In this document: in pieces, positions 21,071 to 30,459 of the stretch
Position numbering within the stretch: position 1 is the first letter of the stretch
How the letters are laid out: every line of letters starts with the position of its first letter
Source: an uncultured bacterium
GTDB taxonomy: Bacteria > Edwardsbacteria > AC1 > EtOH8
Reading direction: 5' to 3'
Assembly: GCA_963780225.1 (NCBI GenBank)
Contig: CAWAAX010000025.1
Span: 13,620-77,619, forward strand
Length of the DNA: 64,000 nt
Notes under the pieces: model-generated
The model's database searches: none
What the model saw: only the letters and a program-made list of their open reading frames with translations
Told to the model about the DNA's origin: nothing
Translations under genes and position numbers: made by a program

Positions 21071-21198
21071 CAGGGTTAATTTAGTCTTGATGCCGGAAAA
21101 TGTCCGGGGCTTTGCCAGCATTTCCTCCGCCATCTTCCTGACAGGCCATATTTAAAGCTTGGGACTGAGCGGCAAAATCATTCATCAGGGAGGCTTAT

Positions 21199-22392
21199 AT
21201 GCCAGCTATATATTTTGACCACAATGCCACCACCCCGGTGCGCCCCGAAGTGCTGGAGGCCATGCTGCCCTGCTATCAGAACGGATACGGCAACGCCTCC
21301 AGCCTTCACGCCCAGGGACGGGCGGCCCGCCAGGCCCTGGAGGACTCCCGCCGAAAGATAGCCGCGGTGCTGAACTGCGAACCGGCGGAGATAGTCTTCA
21401 CCGGCTCGGGCACCGAAGCGGACAACCACGCCATCAAGGGCGTGTTTTTTGCTAATAGGGCCGGCCGGCCGGGCCTGGTCACTTCCAAAATAGAGCACCA
21501 TGCGGTGCTACATTCGTTTGAATACCTGGAGAAACACCACGGGGCAAAGCCGGTTTACATCGGGGTTGACCCCGAGGGCCGGCTGGACCTGGAGGCCCTG
21601 AAACGGGCGGTGACGCCGGAAACTTCCCTGGTCTCCGTGATGCACGCCAACAACGAGGTGGGGACCATCCAGCCCCTGGCTGAGATCGCCGCCATCTGTC
21701 ATTCCCAGAATGCCTATTTCCACACCGACGCCATCCAGACCTTTGGCAAACTTGAGACCGACGTCAAAAAGCTGGGAGTGGACCTGCTATCCATCTCCGG
21801 GCACAAGTTCTACGCTCCCAAGGGGGTGGGGGCGCTCTACATCAAAAAGGGGACCAAACTCCATTCCCTGATACACGGCGGCGTCCACGAGAAGAACCGC
21901 CGGGCCGGCACCGAGAACGTGGCGGGAATAGTGGCTTTGGCTAAGGCAGCCGAACTGGCGGCCGGAGAACGGGAATCCCTGGCCCTTAAACTGACGGACT
22001 TGAGGGAACGGCTGTGGCAGGGCCTGCAGAAAAACATTTCCCACATCAGACGCAATGGTTCAAAGGAATTAGGACTGCCGGGAACACTGAACGTCAGTTT
22101 CGAGTTCATAGAAGGCGAGTCCATTCTGCTTTCGCTGGACATCAAGGGCATAGCCGCTTCCTCCGGCTCGGCCTGCACCTCGGGTTCGCTGGAGGCTTCC
22201 CACGTGCTGGCGGCCATGGGGGTGCCCACCGAGACCGCCCAGGGTTCGGTGCGGTTCAGTCTGGGGCGGGAGAACACCGAGCAGGAGGTGGACTATGCCA
22301 TAGCCGAACTTCCGGCCATAATCTCCCGGCTGCGCCAGATGTCGCCCATAGCCCCCAAGGAAAGCTGCCAAATTAACGGCAAATCCAGCTGA
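21199..22392 (+). CDS. iscS: Cysteine desulfurase (IscS/NifS)
   Basis: YFDHNATTP, ANNEVGTIQP, SGHKFYAPKGVG, RAGTENV, SSGSACTSG. Confidence 0.95.
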   Translation: MPAIYFDHNATTPVRPEVLEAMLPCYQNGYGNASSLHAQGRAARQALEDSRRKIAAVLNCEPAEIVFTGSGTEADNHAIKGVFFANRAGRPGLVTSKIEHHAVLHSFEYLEKHHGAKPVYIGVDPEGRLDLEALKRAVTPETSLVSVMHANNEVGTIQPLAEIAAICHSQNAYFHTDAIQTFGKLETDVKKLGVDLLSISGHKFYAPKGVGALYIKKGTKLHSLIHGGVHEKNRRAGTENVAGIVALAKAAELAAGERESLALKLTDLRERLWQGLQKNISHIRRNGSKELGLPGTLNVSFEFIEGESILLSLDIKGIAASSGSACTSGSLEASHVLAAMGVPTETAQGSVRFSLGRENTEQEVDYAIAELPAIISRLRQMSPIAPKESCQINGKSS

Positions 22393-22547
22393 GGGCCGCC
22401 GGATAGGATAATAAATAAAACCGGGAAGGTCAGCGATAATCGGCTGATTTTAAAGGCTTCCGGGATAATCGCCGGACAACCGAGAACAGTCCCTTAAAAC
22501 AGGTCATTCGGTTTCCATAAGTTCATCTTAAACTTACGAGGTAAATC

Positions 22548-23384
22548 ATGAAACCCAAAAAAGAAGGTTTCACCAAAGAGATCATCGAAGTGCTGGGGAA
22601 AGACCATGGGGAGACCGAGGATGTTGTCAAACAGCTGGAGGCCGTGTTCGACGACAAAACCGCCAGCCTCTATGGCGACCTGATCTACGCCCTCACCCAT
22701 CTTCGTTTCAGCGAAACACAGGCCCGCAACCACTGGGAGAATGTTCTAAAGCACAAGCTGGAGCTGGCGGCCAAGCTGGGCCGCAATGTGGGGATCCGGG
22801 TTTCGCTGCTTGATTATTTCACCAACCTGCAGCAAAAGCTGAGCAATCCCAAGGTGATCGAGATGGACCTTTACGAAAAGACCCTGCTTTCGGCGGTGAC
22901 CGACGGCTTGACCGGGTTGTACAACCACCGTTATTTTCAGGACCGGTTCGAAGAAGAGGTGGAAAGGGCCCAGCGCTACCAGCATCCTCTTTCGCTGATG
23001 ATGCTTGACCTAGACGATTTTAAGAGATACAACGACACCAACGGACACATAGCCGGAGATCTCCTTCTGGTGGAACTTGCCAAGGTCCTTAAAAAGGCGG
23101 TGCGCAAGGTGGACACGGTGGCCCGCTACGGCGGCGAAGAGTTTGCCATCATCCTGCCCTCCACCAAAAAGAAGGGGGCCCTGATCATCGCCGGGCGGAT
23201 CTGCCAAAAGATCTCCGATTATAGGTTTCCCAACCAGGCGGTGATGCCCCAGGGCAGGATAACAGCCAGCATCGGGGTGGCCAGCTTGGGCGATGATTCC
23301 GACAATCATAATGGGCTTTTGGACAATGCCGACAAGGCGCTATACCGGGCCAAGGCCAACGGCAAGAACCAGGCGATGGGCTGA
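22548..23384 (+). CDS. Diguanylate cyclase (GGDEF domain)
   Basis: TDGLTGLYN, DLDDFKRYND..GHIAGD, RKVD I-site, ARYGGEEF. Confidence 0.93.
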   Translation: MKPKKEGFTKEIIEVLGKDHGETEDVVKQLEAVFDDKTASLYGDLIYALTHLRFSETQARNHWENVLKHKLELAAKLGRNVGIRVSLLDYFTNLQQKLSNPKVIEMDLYEKTLLSAVTDGLTGLYNHRYFQDRFEEEVERAQRYQHPLSLMMLDLDDFKRYNDTNGHIAGDLLLVELAKVLKKAVRKVDTVARYGGEEFAIILPSTKKKGALIIAGRICQKISDYRFPNQAVMPQGRITASIGVASLGDDSDNHNGLLDNADKALYRAKANGKNQAMG

Positions 23385-23516
23385 ACTTCCCGCAGGCCAA
23401 CTAAGTAGCCAAACAATCGTGATGCAATGGGTCAAACAATTGCATAACCATGTAATACCCACCGTATCATGCTATCCTGAGTTGCAAAAAAAGTTAAATA
23501 CCAAAGCATTAAAACC

Positions 23517-24692
23517 ATGAAAGTCTTAGACAGCCAACTTAAAAAATATGTCATTGCCTGGAGGCGCAGGATACACGCAACCCCCGAGCTTTCATTCAAC
23601 GAGGTCCTGACCGCCAAGGCTATTGCCGCAGAATTGAAACGTTTGGGATGCCAGGTCACAACCGGGGTGAGCGGAACCGGGGTGGTCGGGCTCCTAAAAG
23701 GCAAAGGCCCGGGACGGACCGTGGCCCTAAGGGCCGACATGGACGCCCTGCCGGTGCAGGAGGAGAACGATGTTTCCTATCGCTCCCGGAATCCCGGCAA
23801 GATGCACGCCTGCGGACATGACGGTCATTGTGCCATGCTGCTGGGGGCGGCTTCGATCCTGGCCGGCAACAAGGATCAACTGAAAGGCAACGTCAAACTA
23901 TTGTTCCAGCCGGGCGAGGAAACCCCGCCGGGCGGGGCGCTGGGGATGATCGCCGCCGGCGCGTTGGAAAACCCAAAGGTCAATGCAGTGTTCGGCCTGC
24001 ACCTGGATTCGTCACTGCCCTCGGGAAAGATCGGCCTGCGCCAGGGCCCGATGATGGCGGCTTCCGACAATTTCAGGATCACGATCAAAGGCAGAGGCGG
24101 GCACGCCGCCCGGCCCCACAACTGTCTGGATCCAATAACCACCGGGGCCCAGATAGTGGCGGCCCTGCAGACCATCGTCAGCCGAAGGGTTGATCCGGCC
24201 CAGCCGGCGGTGATCACCGTGGGCAAGTTCGTCTCCGGTACCAAGCACAACATCATCCCCGAGATCGCACTGCTGGAGGGCACCGCCCGGTCCATCGACC
24301 GCCACACCTGGAAGATGATGCCCCTTTGGATCAAACAGATATCAGAGAACACGGCCCGGGCCAACGGTCTTACGGCGGCGGTGGAATATGAACGGGGTTA
24401 CCCGGTGCTGTACAACGATCCCAGGATGATCAATTTTTCCGAAGGCGTTGTCCGGAGCCTGCTGGGGCCGTCGGCTGCGGCTCATATTCCCGACCCCCTG
24501 ATGGGCGGCGAAGATTTTGCCTATTTTCTGCAAAAAGTTCCCGGGGCCTTCTTGAGACTGGGGAGCTGCAAGGATGCCAGGACGGCCTTTCCCTGGCACC
24601 ACCCCAAATTCAACATTGACGAAGAGGTTCTGCCCAAGGGGGCCAGATTGCTGGCGGAATTGGCACAGGATTATTTGGGTCTGCCGGCATAA
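23517..24692 (+). CDS. M20D amidohydrolase
   Basis: ALRADMDALP, MHACGHDGH, FQPGEE, MGGEDF, HHPKF. Confidence 0.94.
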   Translation: MKVLDSQLKKYVIAWRRRIHATPELSFNEVLTAKAIAAELKRLGCQVTTGVSGTGVVGLLKGKGPGRTVALRADMDALPVQEENDVSYRSRNPGKMHACGHDGHCAMLLGAASILAGNKDQLKGNVKLLFQPGEETPPGGALGMIAAGALENPKVNAVFGLHLDSSLPSGKIGLRQGPMMAASDNFRITIKGRGGHAARPHNCLDPITTGAQIVAALQTIVSRRVDPAQPAVITVGKFVSGTKHNIIPEIALLEGTARSIDRHTWKMMPLWIKQISENTARANGLTAAVEYERGYPVLYNDPRMINFSEGVVRSLLGPSAAAHIPDPLMGGEDFAYFLQKVPGAFLRLGSCKDARTAFPWHHPKFNIDEEVLPKGARLLAELAQDYLGLPA

Positions 24693-24737
24693 AGGAATCT
24701 CAGTAAGAACATGCTCACCTGCCTGCTAAAATATAAA

Positions 24738-25349
24738 ATGAGGAAATTCACAGTTCCAGGACTGCTTTTGATCGCGGTCATTACCCTGACCTGCAGTCCC
24801 GCCCGGATACGCCCTGACAACTGGGCCCAGCCGGTAAACCTGGCCGGAGTGCCCAATCTTTTCAAGGTCAGCGATGACTTGTATCGCAGCGCCCAGCCCG
24901 ATACCCAGGGGATGAAAAACCTCAAACAGCTGGGGATCAAGACCGTCGTCAATCTAAGGTCCTTTCATACCGACCAGGATGAACTGGAAAATACAGGACT
25001 GTTAAGGGAACACATATACATGGTGGCCTGGCATCCGGAAAAAGAGGAAGCGGTCAGGTTCCTGAAAATAGTGTCCGACAGCGCCAGGACTCCGGTGCTG
25101 GTCCACTGCCAGCACGGTTCCGACCGAACCGGGGCCATGTGCGCCGTATACCGGGTGGCCGTCCAGGGCTGGAGCAAGGAAGAGGCCATCGCTGAAATGA
25201 CCGGAGGCGGTTTTGGGTTTCACCAGATATTTGCCAACCTTCCCATATGGATCAGGGTAATGGACATGGGGCAGATAAGGAAAGAGGCGGGGATCGCAGA
25301 CAAATCAGTCCCGGCAGTTCCCAAGGCCGATACATCACAACCCAAGTAA
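24738..25349 (+). CDS. Exported Cys-based (dual-specificity/PTP-like) phosphatase, possible lipoprotein
   Basis: LYRSAQP, GIKTVVNLR, VHCQHGSDRTG (CX5R); hydrophobic N-terminus ending LTC. Confidence 0.85.
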   Translation: MRKFTVPGLLLIAVITLTCSPARIRPDNWAQPVNLAGVPNLFKVSDDLYRSAQPDTQGMKNLKQLGIKTVVNLRSFHTDQDELENTGLLREHIYMVAWHPEKEEAVRFLKIVSDSARTPVLVHCQHGSDRTGAMCAVYRVAVQGWSKEEAIAEMTGGGFGFHQIFANLPIWIRVMDMGQIRKEAGIADKSVPAVPKADTSQPK

Positions 25350-25416
25350 AGACCGGTATCCAAAAACAAAAATCCCCCGGGACAGCAACATCAACAGCAT
25401 TAGCGGAGGAACAACC

Positions 25417-25986
25417 ATCACTGTAAAACAAACCTGCCCCTGGCCCCAGGACGACCTCCAAATGGTGGAGTATCACGATACCGAGTGGGGCGTACCTCTG
25501 CACAACGACCAGAAGCTGTTTGAGTTCCTGGTGCTGGATGCTTTCCAGGCCGGCTTGAGCTGGAGCACCATTCTGCATAAAAGGGAGAATTTCAGGAAAG
25601 CTTTCAAGGACTTCGACCCCAAAAAGGTATCCCGGTTCACCCAGCCCGACATCCAGAGGCTGCTGGCGGATCAGGGTATAATCCGCAACCGGCTGAAGAT
25701 CGAGGCCACGGTGAAGAACGCCAAGGCCTTTTTAAAAATCCAAAAGGAATTCGGCACCTTCGGGAAATACATCTGGTCATTTGTGGGAGACCAGCCGGTG
25801 GACAACAAATGGGAGAGCGTCAGTCAGATCCCCACCAGCAGCATCCAGTCGGACGACATGTCCAAGGACCTCAAGGCCCGGGGTTTCAGTTTTGTGGGCA
25901 CCACCATTTGTTATGCCTTTATGCAGGCAGCCGGGATGGTCAATGATCATTTAGTGAGTTGCTTTAGGCACAAGGAAGTGAAATAG
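25417..25986 (+). CDS. tag: DNA-3-methyladenine glycosylase I (probable ATC start)
   Basis: TCPW..YHDTEWG, FQAGLSWSTIL, IIRNRLKI, FMQAAGMVNDHLVSC. Confidence 0.93.
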   Translation: MTVKQTCPWPQDDLQMVEYHDTEWGVPLHNDQKLFEFLVLDAFQAGLSWSTILHKRENFRKAFKDFDPKKVSRFTQPDIQRLLADQGIIRNRLKIEATVKNAKAFLKIQKEFGTFGKYIWSFVGDQPVDNKWESVSQIPTSSIQSDDMSKDLKARGFSFVGTTICYAFMQAAGMVNDHLVSCFRHKEVK

Positions 25987-26049
25987 TACACAAGGAATCT
26001 CTTTTTGTTCAGGAAAAACAGAGACAGTTATAACTTAGGTTTATAACGG

Positions 26050-26360
26050 TTATGTTCTTTTCTTTTTGTACCGCCAAACAGAAAAGAACCAAAAGAAAAA
26101 GCTCGTCGCTTAAAACTCTCCTGGCCACGCTTACGCCCTGCCTAGGCAAGACTTCGGCTGGCAAGCAGGGCTTCAGCGGGCCCGCGTTGCGCTTCTCGTT
26201 GCTGGCGGGCTTGTCTGAACTCGGGCTTCGGCCAAGCCCTCAAACAGGCCAGACAAGCTTTTTCCGCCATCAACTGCGATGCTCACTGATCGTTTTAACG
26301 CGACAACCGGGGTTGGCACCTATTGTTCATCCTGCTTTTCGAGATGATTGAATAATCATT
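26050..26360. repeat. Dispersed nested-hairpin element, copy A (carries a ~60-bp insert)
   Basis: Near-identical to 44237-44488 apart from 26122-26183. Confidence 0.9.
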
Positions 26361-27949
26361 ACAAAGCTAAAAGAGAAAATATCAAACTTATCCGCTCAAT
26401 ACTATTTTTCCTGCTGGTTCTTCCGGCCTTAGCCGGCATCGCCAGGGCCGACATTCGGAATTGGCAGCAGTTCAAAGCCTTTGGCGGCAGCACCCTGGCC
26501 GGAGAGGTCAGGACCCTGATCGCCGATGTCCGTTATCTTTACGCCTTCACCGGCTCCGGCGGGGTCCGCTACGACAAACTGCTGGACAAGTGGGATTTTT
26601 CCTTCCTGCCCCAGGCTCCCCCGTCGAACTTTCAGTTCGCCGGGCTGGACCAGATGACCGGGGATTTCTATTTTGTCTTGGACCAAAGCGTTACGCCCTA
26701 CAATTCTCTTTCCAAGTTCTATTACTTCCCTGTCAAGTTCCCGGCTCCGGTGCTGGGCTTAGCCTTTGACGGCAATGGTATCTGGGCCAGGACCCAAAAC
26801 GGAGTGTATTTCTGCGACCGCTGGACCAGGCAGATATCCTTGTCCGCCGAAAGCGGGATAGTAAGGGAGTGGCAGGGCCCGGCCGACTTGAGGCAGCTCA
26901 GAACCGATGTCCGCTTGCTGGGCCTGGCTCCTTATCAGATGATGGACGAGTGGGCAGTAAACCACCCCATCTCTGCCCTGGCTTACGAAAAGTTCGGGAC
27001 CGAGGCCTGGGTATGGTACCGGGGACTGGGGTTGTGGAAGTATGATACCTTTTCCCGCAAATTAAACCAGGCCACCAAGGGCTTTTTGGCCAGTGTTGGA
27101 GTGAATGGCATCGCATCATACGGGAATGCAATGGTCCTGGCAGGGCAGGGAGGGATCACCTTGATCGGGGCCGAAGGCGAGCGTTGGCAACAGATGAACC
27201 GGATGTTCAATGCCGATCTGGCCGGGCAGTTGATCCTGGCGGCGGCCTTTGATGATAGGGAGGTCTTTGCCGGAACCGGTTCGGGGATCCTGGCCTTCAA
27301 AAGGGGCGACGATTTCGTCCGGAACATCACCAGCTACGACGGCCTGCCCTCCGGCCGGGTAAACTGCCTGTACCTGGAAGGCGACAGCCTGTGGGCCGGC
27401 ACCGACTACGGACTGGGATTGTACCAGCGGAGCCTAAAGACCACCACCAGCCTCTGGCCGCAGCTGGAGAACCATAAGATCAGCGGCATCAGCGCCGACC
27501 AAAAATACATCTACCTGGCCACCGACCGGGGGGGCGTGAAATTAGACCGGCAGGATAGCCTTAAGCCCAGGCATTATGCTGACCCCGATCCGGCCCTGTT
27601 GGGAGAAGCAATGGCGGCGGTCGTCTCCGAAGACACCATCACCTGGTGGCTGGGCCAGGACTTTCTGCTGGCCGGAAACAAAAGGGATAACAGCTACCGG
27701 ACCTTCCTTCGCTCCGGGAATTATGCCGCCGGCCAGGGGCTTTGTCTGGCGGCGGATCAGGGAAACGTCTGGATCGGCACCGACAACGGACTGGTGCGCT
27801 TCGTCAAAAGCCGGAATCAGTTTCTGGTCTACCATGCAGCCGACGGTCTGCTGGACGAACAGGTGTGGTCGGTGCATTCGCTGAACGGTTATCTGTGGGC
27901 CGGGGGGCCGAACGGGGTCAGCCGGTTTTGTTTTAAGAATGAGGATTAG
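26348..27949 (+). CDS. Secreted beta-propeller protein (two-component regulator propeller-like repeats)
   Basis: Signal peptide ..LAGIARA; DGLPSGRVNCL..LWAGTDYGL, VWIGTDNGL, DGLLDEQVWS..LWAGGPNGVS. Start uncertain. Confidence 0.78.
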   Translation: MNNHYKAKRENIKLIRSILFFLLVLPALAGIARADIRNWQQFKAFGGSTLAGEVRTLIADVRYLYAFTGSGGVRYDKLLDKWDFSFLPQAPPSNFQFAGLDQMTGDFYFVLDQSVTPYNSLSKFYYFPVKFPAPVLGLAFDGNGIWARTQNGVYFCDRWTRQISLSAESGIVREWQGPADLRQLRTDVRLLGLAPYQMMDEWAVNHPISALAYEKFGTEAWVWYRGLGLWKYDTFSRKLNQATKGFLASVGVNGIASYGNAMVLAGQGGITLIGAEGERWQQMNRMFNADLAGQLILAAAFDDREVFAGTGSGILAFKRGDDFVRNITSYDGLPSGRVNCLYLEGDSLWAGTDYGLGLYQRSLKTTTSLWPQLENHKISGISADQKYIYLATDRGGVKLDRQDSLKPRHYADPDPALLGEAMAAVVSEDTITWWLGQDFLLAGNKRDNSYRTFLRSGNYAAGQGLCLAADQGNVWIGTDNGLVRFVKSRNQFLVYHAADGLLDEQVWSVHSLNGYLWAGGPNGVSRFCFKNED

Positions 27950-28022
27950 TGAAACCAATAAATCGGCCCCGGGCTTGACATAACCTTCTTCCATAATCCA
28001 GAACAATCAACCGAACAACCCT

Positions 28023-29357
28023 ATGACCTACCAACACGCCATAGAATATCTGATGTCTTTCCTGGATCTGGAAAAAACTCCAGGACAAAAATATCACGAT
28101 TCCACCTACAACCTGGACGGGTTCCGCCAGCTTTTGAACCAGGTGGGCAATCCCCAGAATTCGTTCAAGTCCATCCTGGTGGCCGGTACCAAGGGGAAGG
28201 GCTCCAGCGCGGCCTTCATCGAGAGCACGCTTAGGGCCCAGGGGCTGAAGGTGGGACTCTACAGCTCGCCCCACCTGATAAGTTTTTGCGAACGGATCAG
28301 GATCAACGGCCGGAACATTTTGGAGCGGGACTTTGCCCAAAGGCTGGATTGGCTTAAACCGTTTTTAGAAAAGCAAAAATTAAATTCCTCCTCCCCGGCC
28401 GGAGGAAGGTCCACAGTATTCGAGATCTTGACCGCCATGGCCTTTTTGTATTTTCAGGAGATGGGGGTCGAATGGGCGGTGCTGGAAGTGGGGCTGGGCG
28501 GCCGCTTGGACTGCACCAACGTGGTCAATCCCAGGGTTTCTGTGATCACCAACATCAGCCATGACCATACCGAGATTTTGGGCGACAGCCTTAAGGAGAT
28601 CGCAGGGGAAAAGGCCGGGATCATCCGGCAGGATGGCCTGGTGGTTACCGCGCCCCAGGGGGCCGAAGCGCTGAAGGTAATAATGAACCGGTGCCGGGAC
28701 CTTAACGCCCGGCTGTTCCAGGTGGGCAAAGATGTGGTGTTTAGAATATCGGAGCAGACGCCGGAACGCCTGAGTCTGGATTTGGCTGGCACCTTTGGTA
28801 AGCTGAATAATTTGGAGCTGGGATTATCCGGAGATTTCCAGGCCGAGAATGCCGCCACCGCCTTTGCCGCCTTAAGGGCTTTGCAGTTCCGCAACCAGTC
28901 GGTGGGCGATTCCGCCATCCGCAAGGGTTTCAAGGATGTCTATTGGCCGGGCCGGATGCAAACGGTCTCCAAACATCCATTGATCATAGTCGACGGGGCC
29001 CACAACGATTATTCGGCCTACCGGCTTAAAAAAGCGGTGGAGACCCTGTATCCCGAAAAAAACAGGATCCTGGTGCTGGGGATATCGGCCAACAAGGACA
29101 TCGGGGGCATAGTCTCGAACCTGGTTCCCCAAAGCCGGGTGCTGGTCATCACCAGGGCCAAGCATTCCCGGGCGGCGTCACCTGAGGATATCAAGCGGGA
29201 GGCCAAAAAGTTCGCGGTGCCGGTGATAGAGACCGAGACCTTAAGCCAAGCGCTGGAAAGAGCCAAGGAATTGGCCACGGCCCAGGACCTGGTGCTGGTG
29301 ACCGGTTCGCTGTTTTTGGCCGGGGAAACACTGGAGCTGTTAGGCAAAAAAATATAA
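28023..29357 (+). CDS. folC: Folylpolyglutamate/dihydrofolate synthase
   Basis: VAGTKGKGS, YSSPHL..ERI, EVGLGGRLDCTNV, WPGRMQ, DGAHN, VTGSLFL. Confidence 0.96.
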   Translation: MTYQHAIEYLMSFLDLEKTPGQKYHDSTYNLDGFRQLLNQVGNPQNSFKSILVAGTKGKGSSAAFIESTLRAQGLKVGLYSSPHLISFCERIRINGRNILERDFAQRLDWLKPFLEKQKLNSSSPAGGRSTVFEILTAMAFLYFQEMGVEWAVLEVGLGGRLDCTNVVNPRVSVITNISHDHTEILGDSLKEIAGEKAGIIRQDGLVVTAPQGAEALKVIMNRCRDLNARLFQVGKDVVFRISEQTPERLSLDLAGTFGKLNNLELGLSGDFQAENAATAFAALRALQFRNQSVGDSAIRKGFKDVYWPGRMQTVSKHPLIIVDGAHNDYSAYRLKKAVETLYPEKNRILVLGISANKDIGGIVSNLVPQSRVLVITRAKHSRAASPEDIKREAKKFAVPVIETETLSQALERAKELATAQDLVLVTGSLFLAGETLELLGKKI

Positions 29358-29384
29358 ACCTCAACTAATATCTGTGCGGCAATT

Positions 29385-29852
29385 ATGAGCAGAGTGGTGG
29401 TATCAAAAGAAGGGCTGGCCAAGATCAAGGCCGAGCTGGAAAACCTGGTCAAAGTGGAAAGGCCGACAATTTCGGCCGCCCTGGCCCATGCCCGGAGCCT
29501 GGGAGATCTTTCGGAGAACGCCGAGTATCATTCGGCCAAGGACAAGCAGGGCCTGATAGAATCACGGATCCGGAAACTGCAGGAAGACCTGGTCCAGGCC
29601 GAGGTGATTGACGAAAGTCAGCTGGCCCAGGGGGTGGCGGTCTTCGGGCGGAAGGTTGTGGTCAAGGACCTTTCCGACAACAGCCTGGAGACCTATACCC
29701 TGGTGGGGCCGCACGAGGCCGATTTTGACTCGGGCAAGATCTCGGTGGAAAGCCCCATCGGCCGGGGCCTGCTGGGCAAGAAGAAGGGCGACACCGCGGA
29801 GATCAAGGTACCCTCCGGAATCATCAAATACAAGATCATGTCAATCACGTAG
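29385..29852 (+). CDS. greA: Transcription elongation factor GreA
   Basis: ARSLGDLSENAEYHSAK, ISVESPIGRGLLGK. Confidence 0.96.
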   Translation: MSRVVVSKEGLAKIKAELENLVKVERPTISAALAHARSLGDLSENAEYHSAKDKQGLIESRIRKLQEDLVQAEVIDESQLAQGVAVFGRKVVVKDLSDNSLETYTLVGPHEADFDSGKISVESPIGRGLLGKKKGDTAEIKVPSGIIKYKIMSIT

Positions 29853-29919
29853 GGACGAGGCAGTCCTGGTCCTAACGGGAACAGATAACAAGTAAGGGCA
29901 ATTCATGAATTGCCCCAAC
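29849..29919 (+). repeat. REP doublet (GTAG/GTAA-headed palindromes)
   Basis: GTAGGGACGAGGCAGTCCTGGTCCTAAC (supplies the greA TAG) and GTAAGGGCAATTCATGAATTGCCCCAAC. Confidence 0.85.
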
Positions 29920-29937
29920 CTATGAGGAGACTATAGC

Positions 29938-30438
29938 ATGCCGAACCCCCAAGTAGCGGTCTTAATGGGTTCCGACAGCGACCTGCCGGTGATGGAAAAG
30001 GCCGTCGAGGCCCTGAAGGAATTCGGAATAACCCCCCAGGTCAGGATCCTCTCGGCCCACCGTTTGCCGGACAAAGTGGCCGAGTTCGCCAAGAGCGCCC
30101 GCAGCAGCGGATTTGAATGCATCATCGCCGGGGCGGGGCTGGCGGCCCACCTGGCCGGGGCGGTGGCGGCCCACACCACCCTGCCGGTGATCGGCGTGCC
30201 GCTTAAGAGCGGCGCCCTGGCCGGAGTGGACGCGCTGTATGCCACGGTCCAGATGCCCTCCGGCATTCCGGTGGCCACGGTGGCCATAGACGGGGCCAGA
30301 AACGCCGGCATTCTGGCGGCCCAGATACTGTCCATCAAGTACCCCGAGATCGCCAGGAAGCTGGAGGAGATGCGGGAGAAGATGAAGAAGGAAGTGGAGA
30401 AGAAATCCCAGGACGCCGAAGCAAAATACAACAAATAA
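29938..30438 (+). CDS. purE: N5-CAIR mutase
   Basis: [34 protein letters not shown]. Confidence 0.97.
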   Translation: MPNPQVAVLMGSDSDLPVMEKAVEALKEFGITPQVRILSAHRLPDKVAEFAKSARSSGFECIIAGAGLAAHLAGAVAAHTTLPVIGVPLKSGALAGVDALYATVQMPSGIPVATVAIDGARNAGILAAQILSIKYPEIARKLEEMREKMKKEVEKKSQDAEAKYNK

Positions 30439-30459
30439 TCAAAGCAATATAATTTACCT

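Noticed and set aside
22415-22500. Possible c-di-GMP riboswitch upstream of the diguanylate cyclase
   Set aside because: Hairpins are present, but the GGCAAA / GNRA / GACGCAAAG consensus is missing; Infernal would be needed.
26052-26351. Paralogous small ORFs MFFSFCTAK.. (also 44239-44475)
   Set aside because: They are translations of the repeat element; indels between copies change the frame and there is no RBS.
28384-28410. Hairpin TCCTCC..GGAGGA in folC (SSSPAGGR) as another in-frame repeat insertion
   Set aside because: Short stem with no second copy in the window; cannot be separated from chance.
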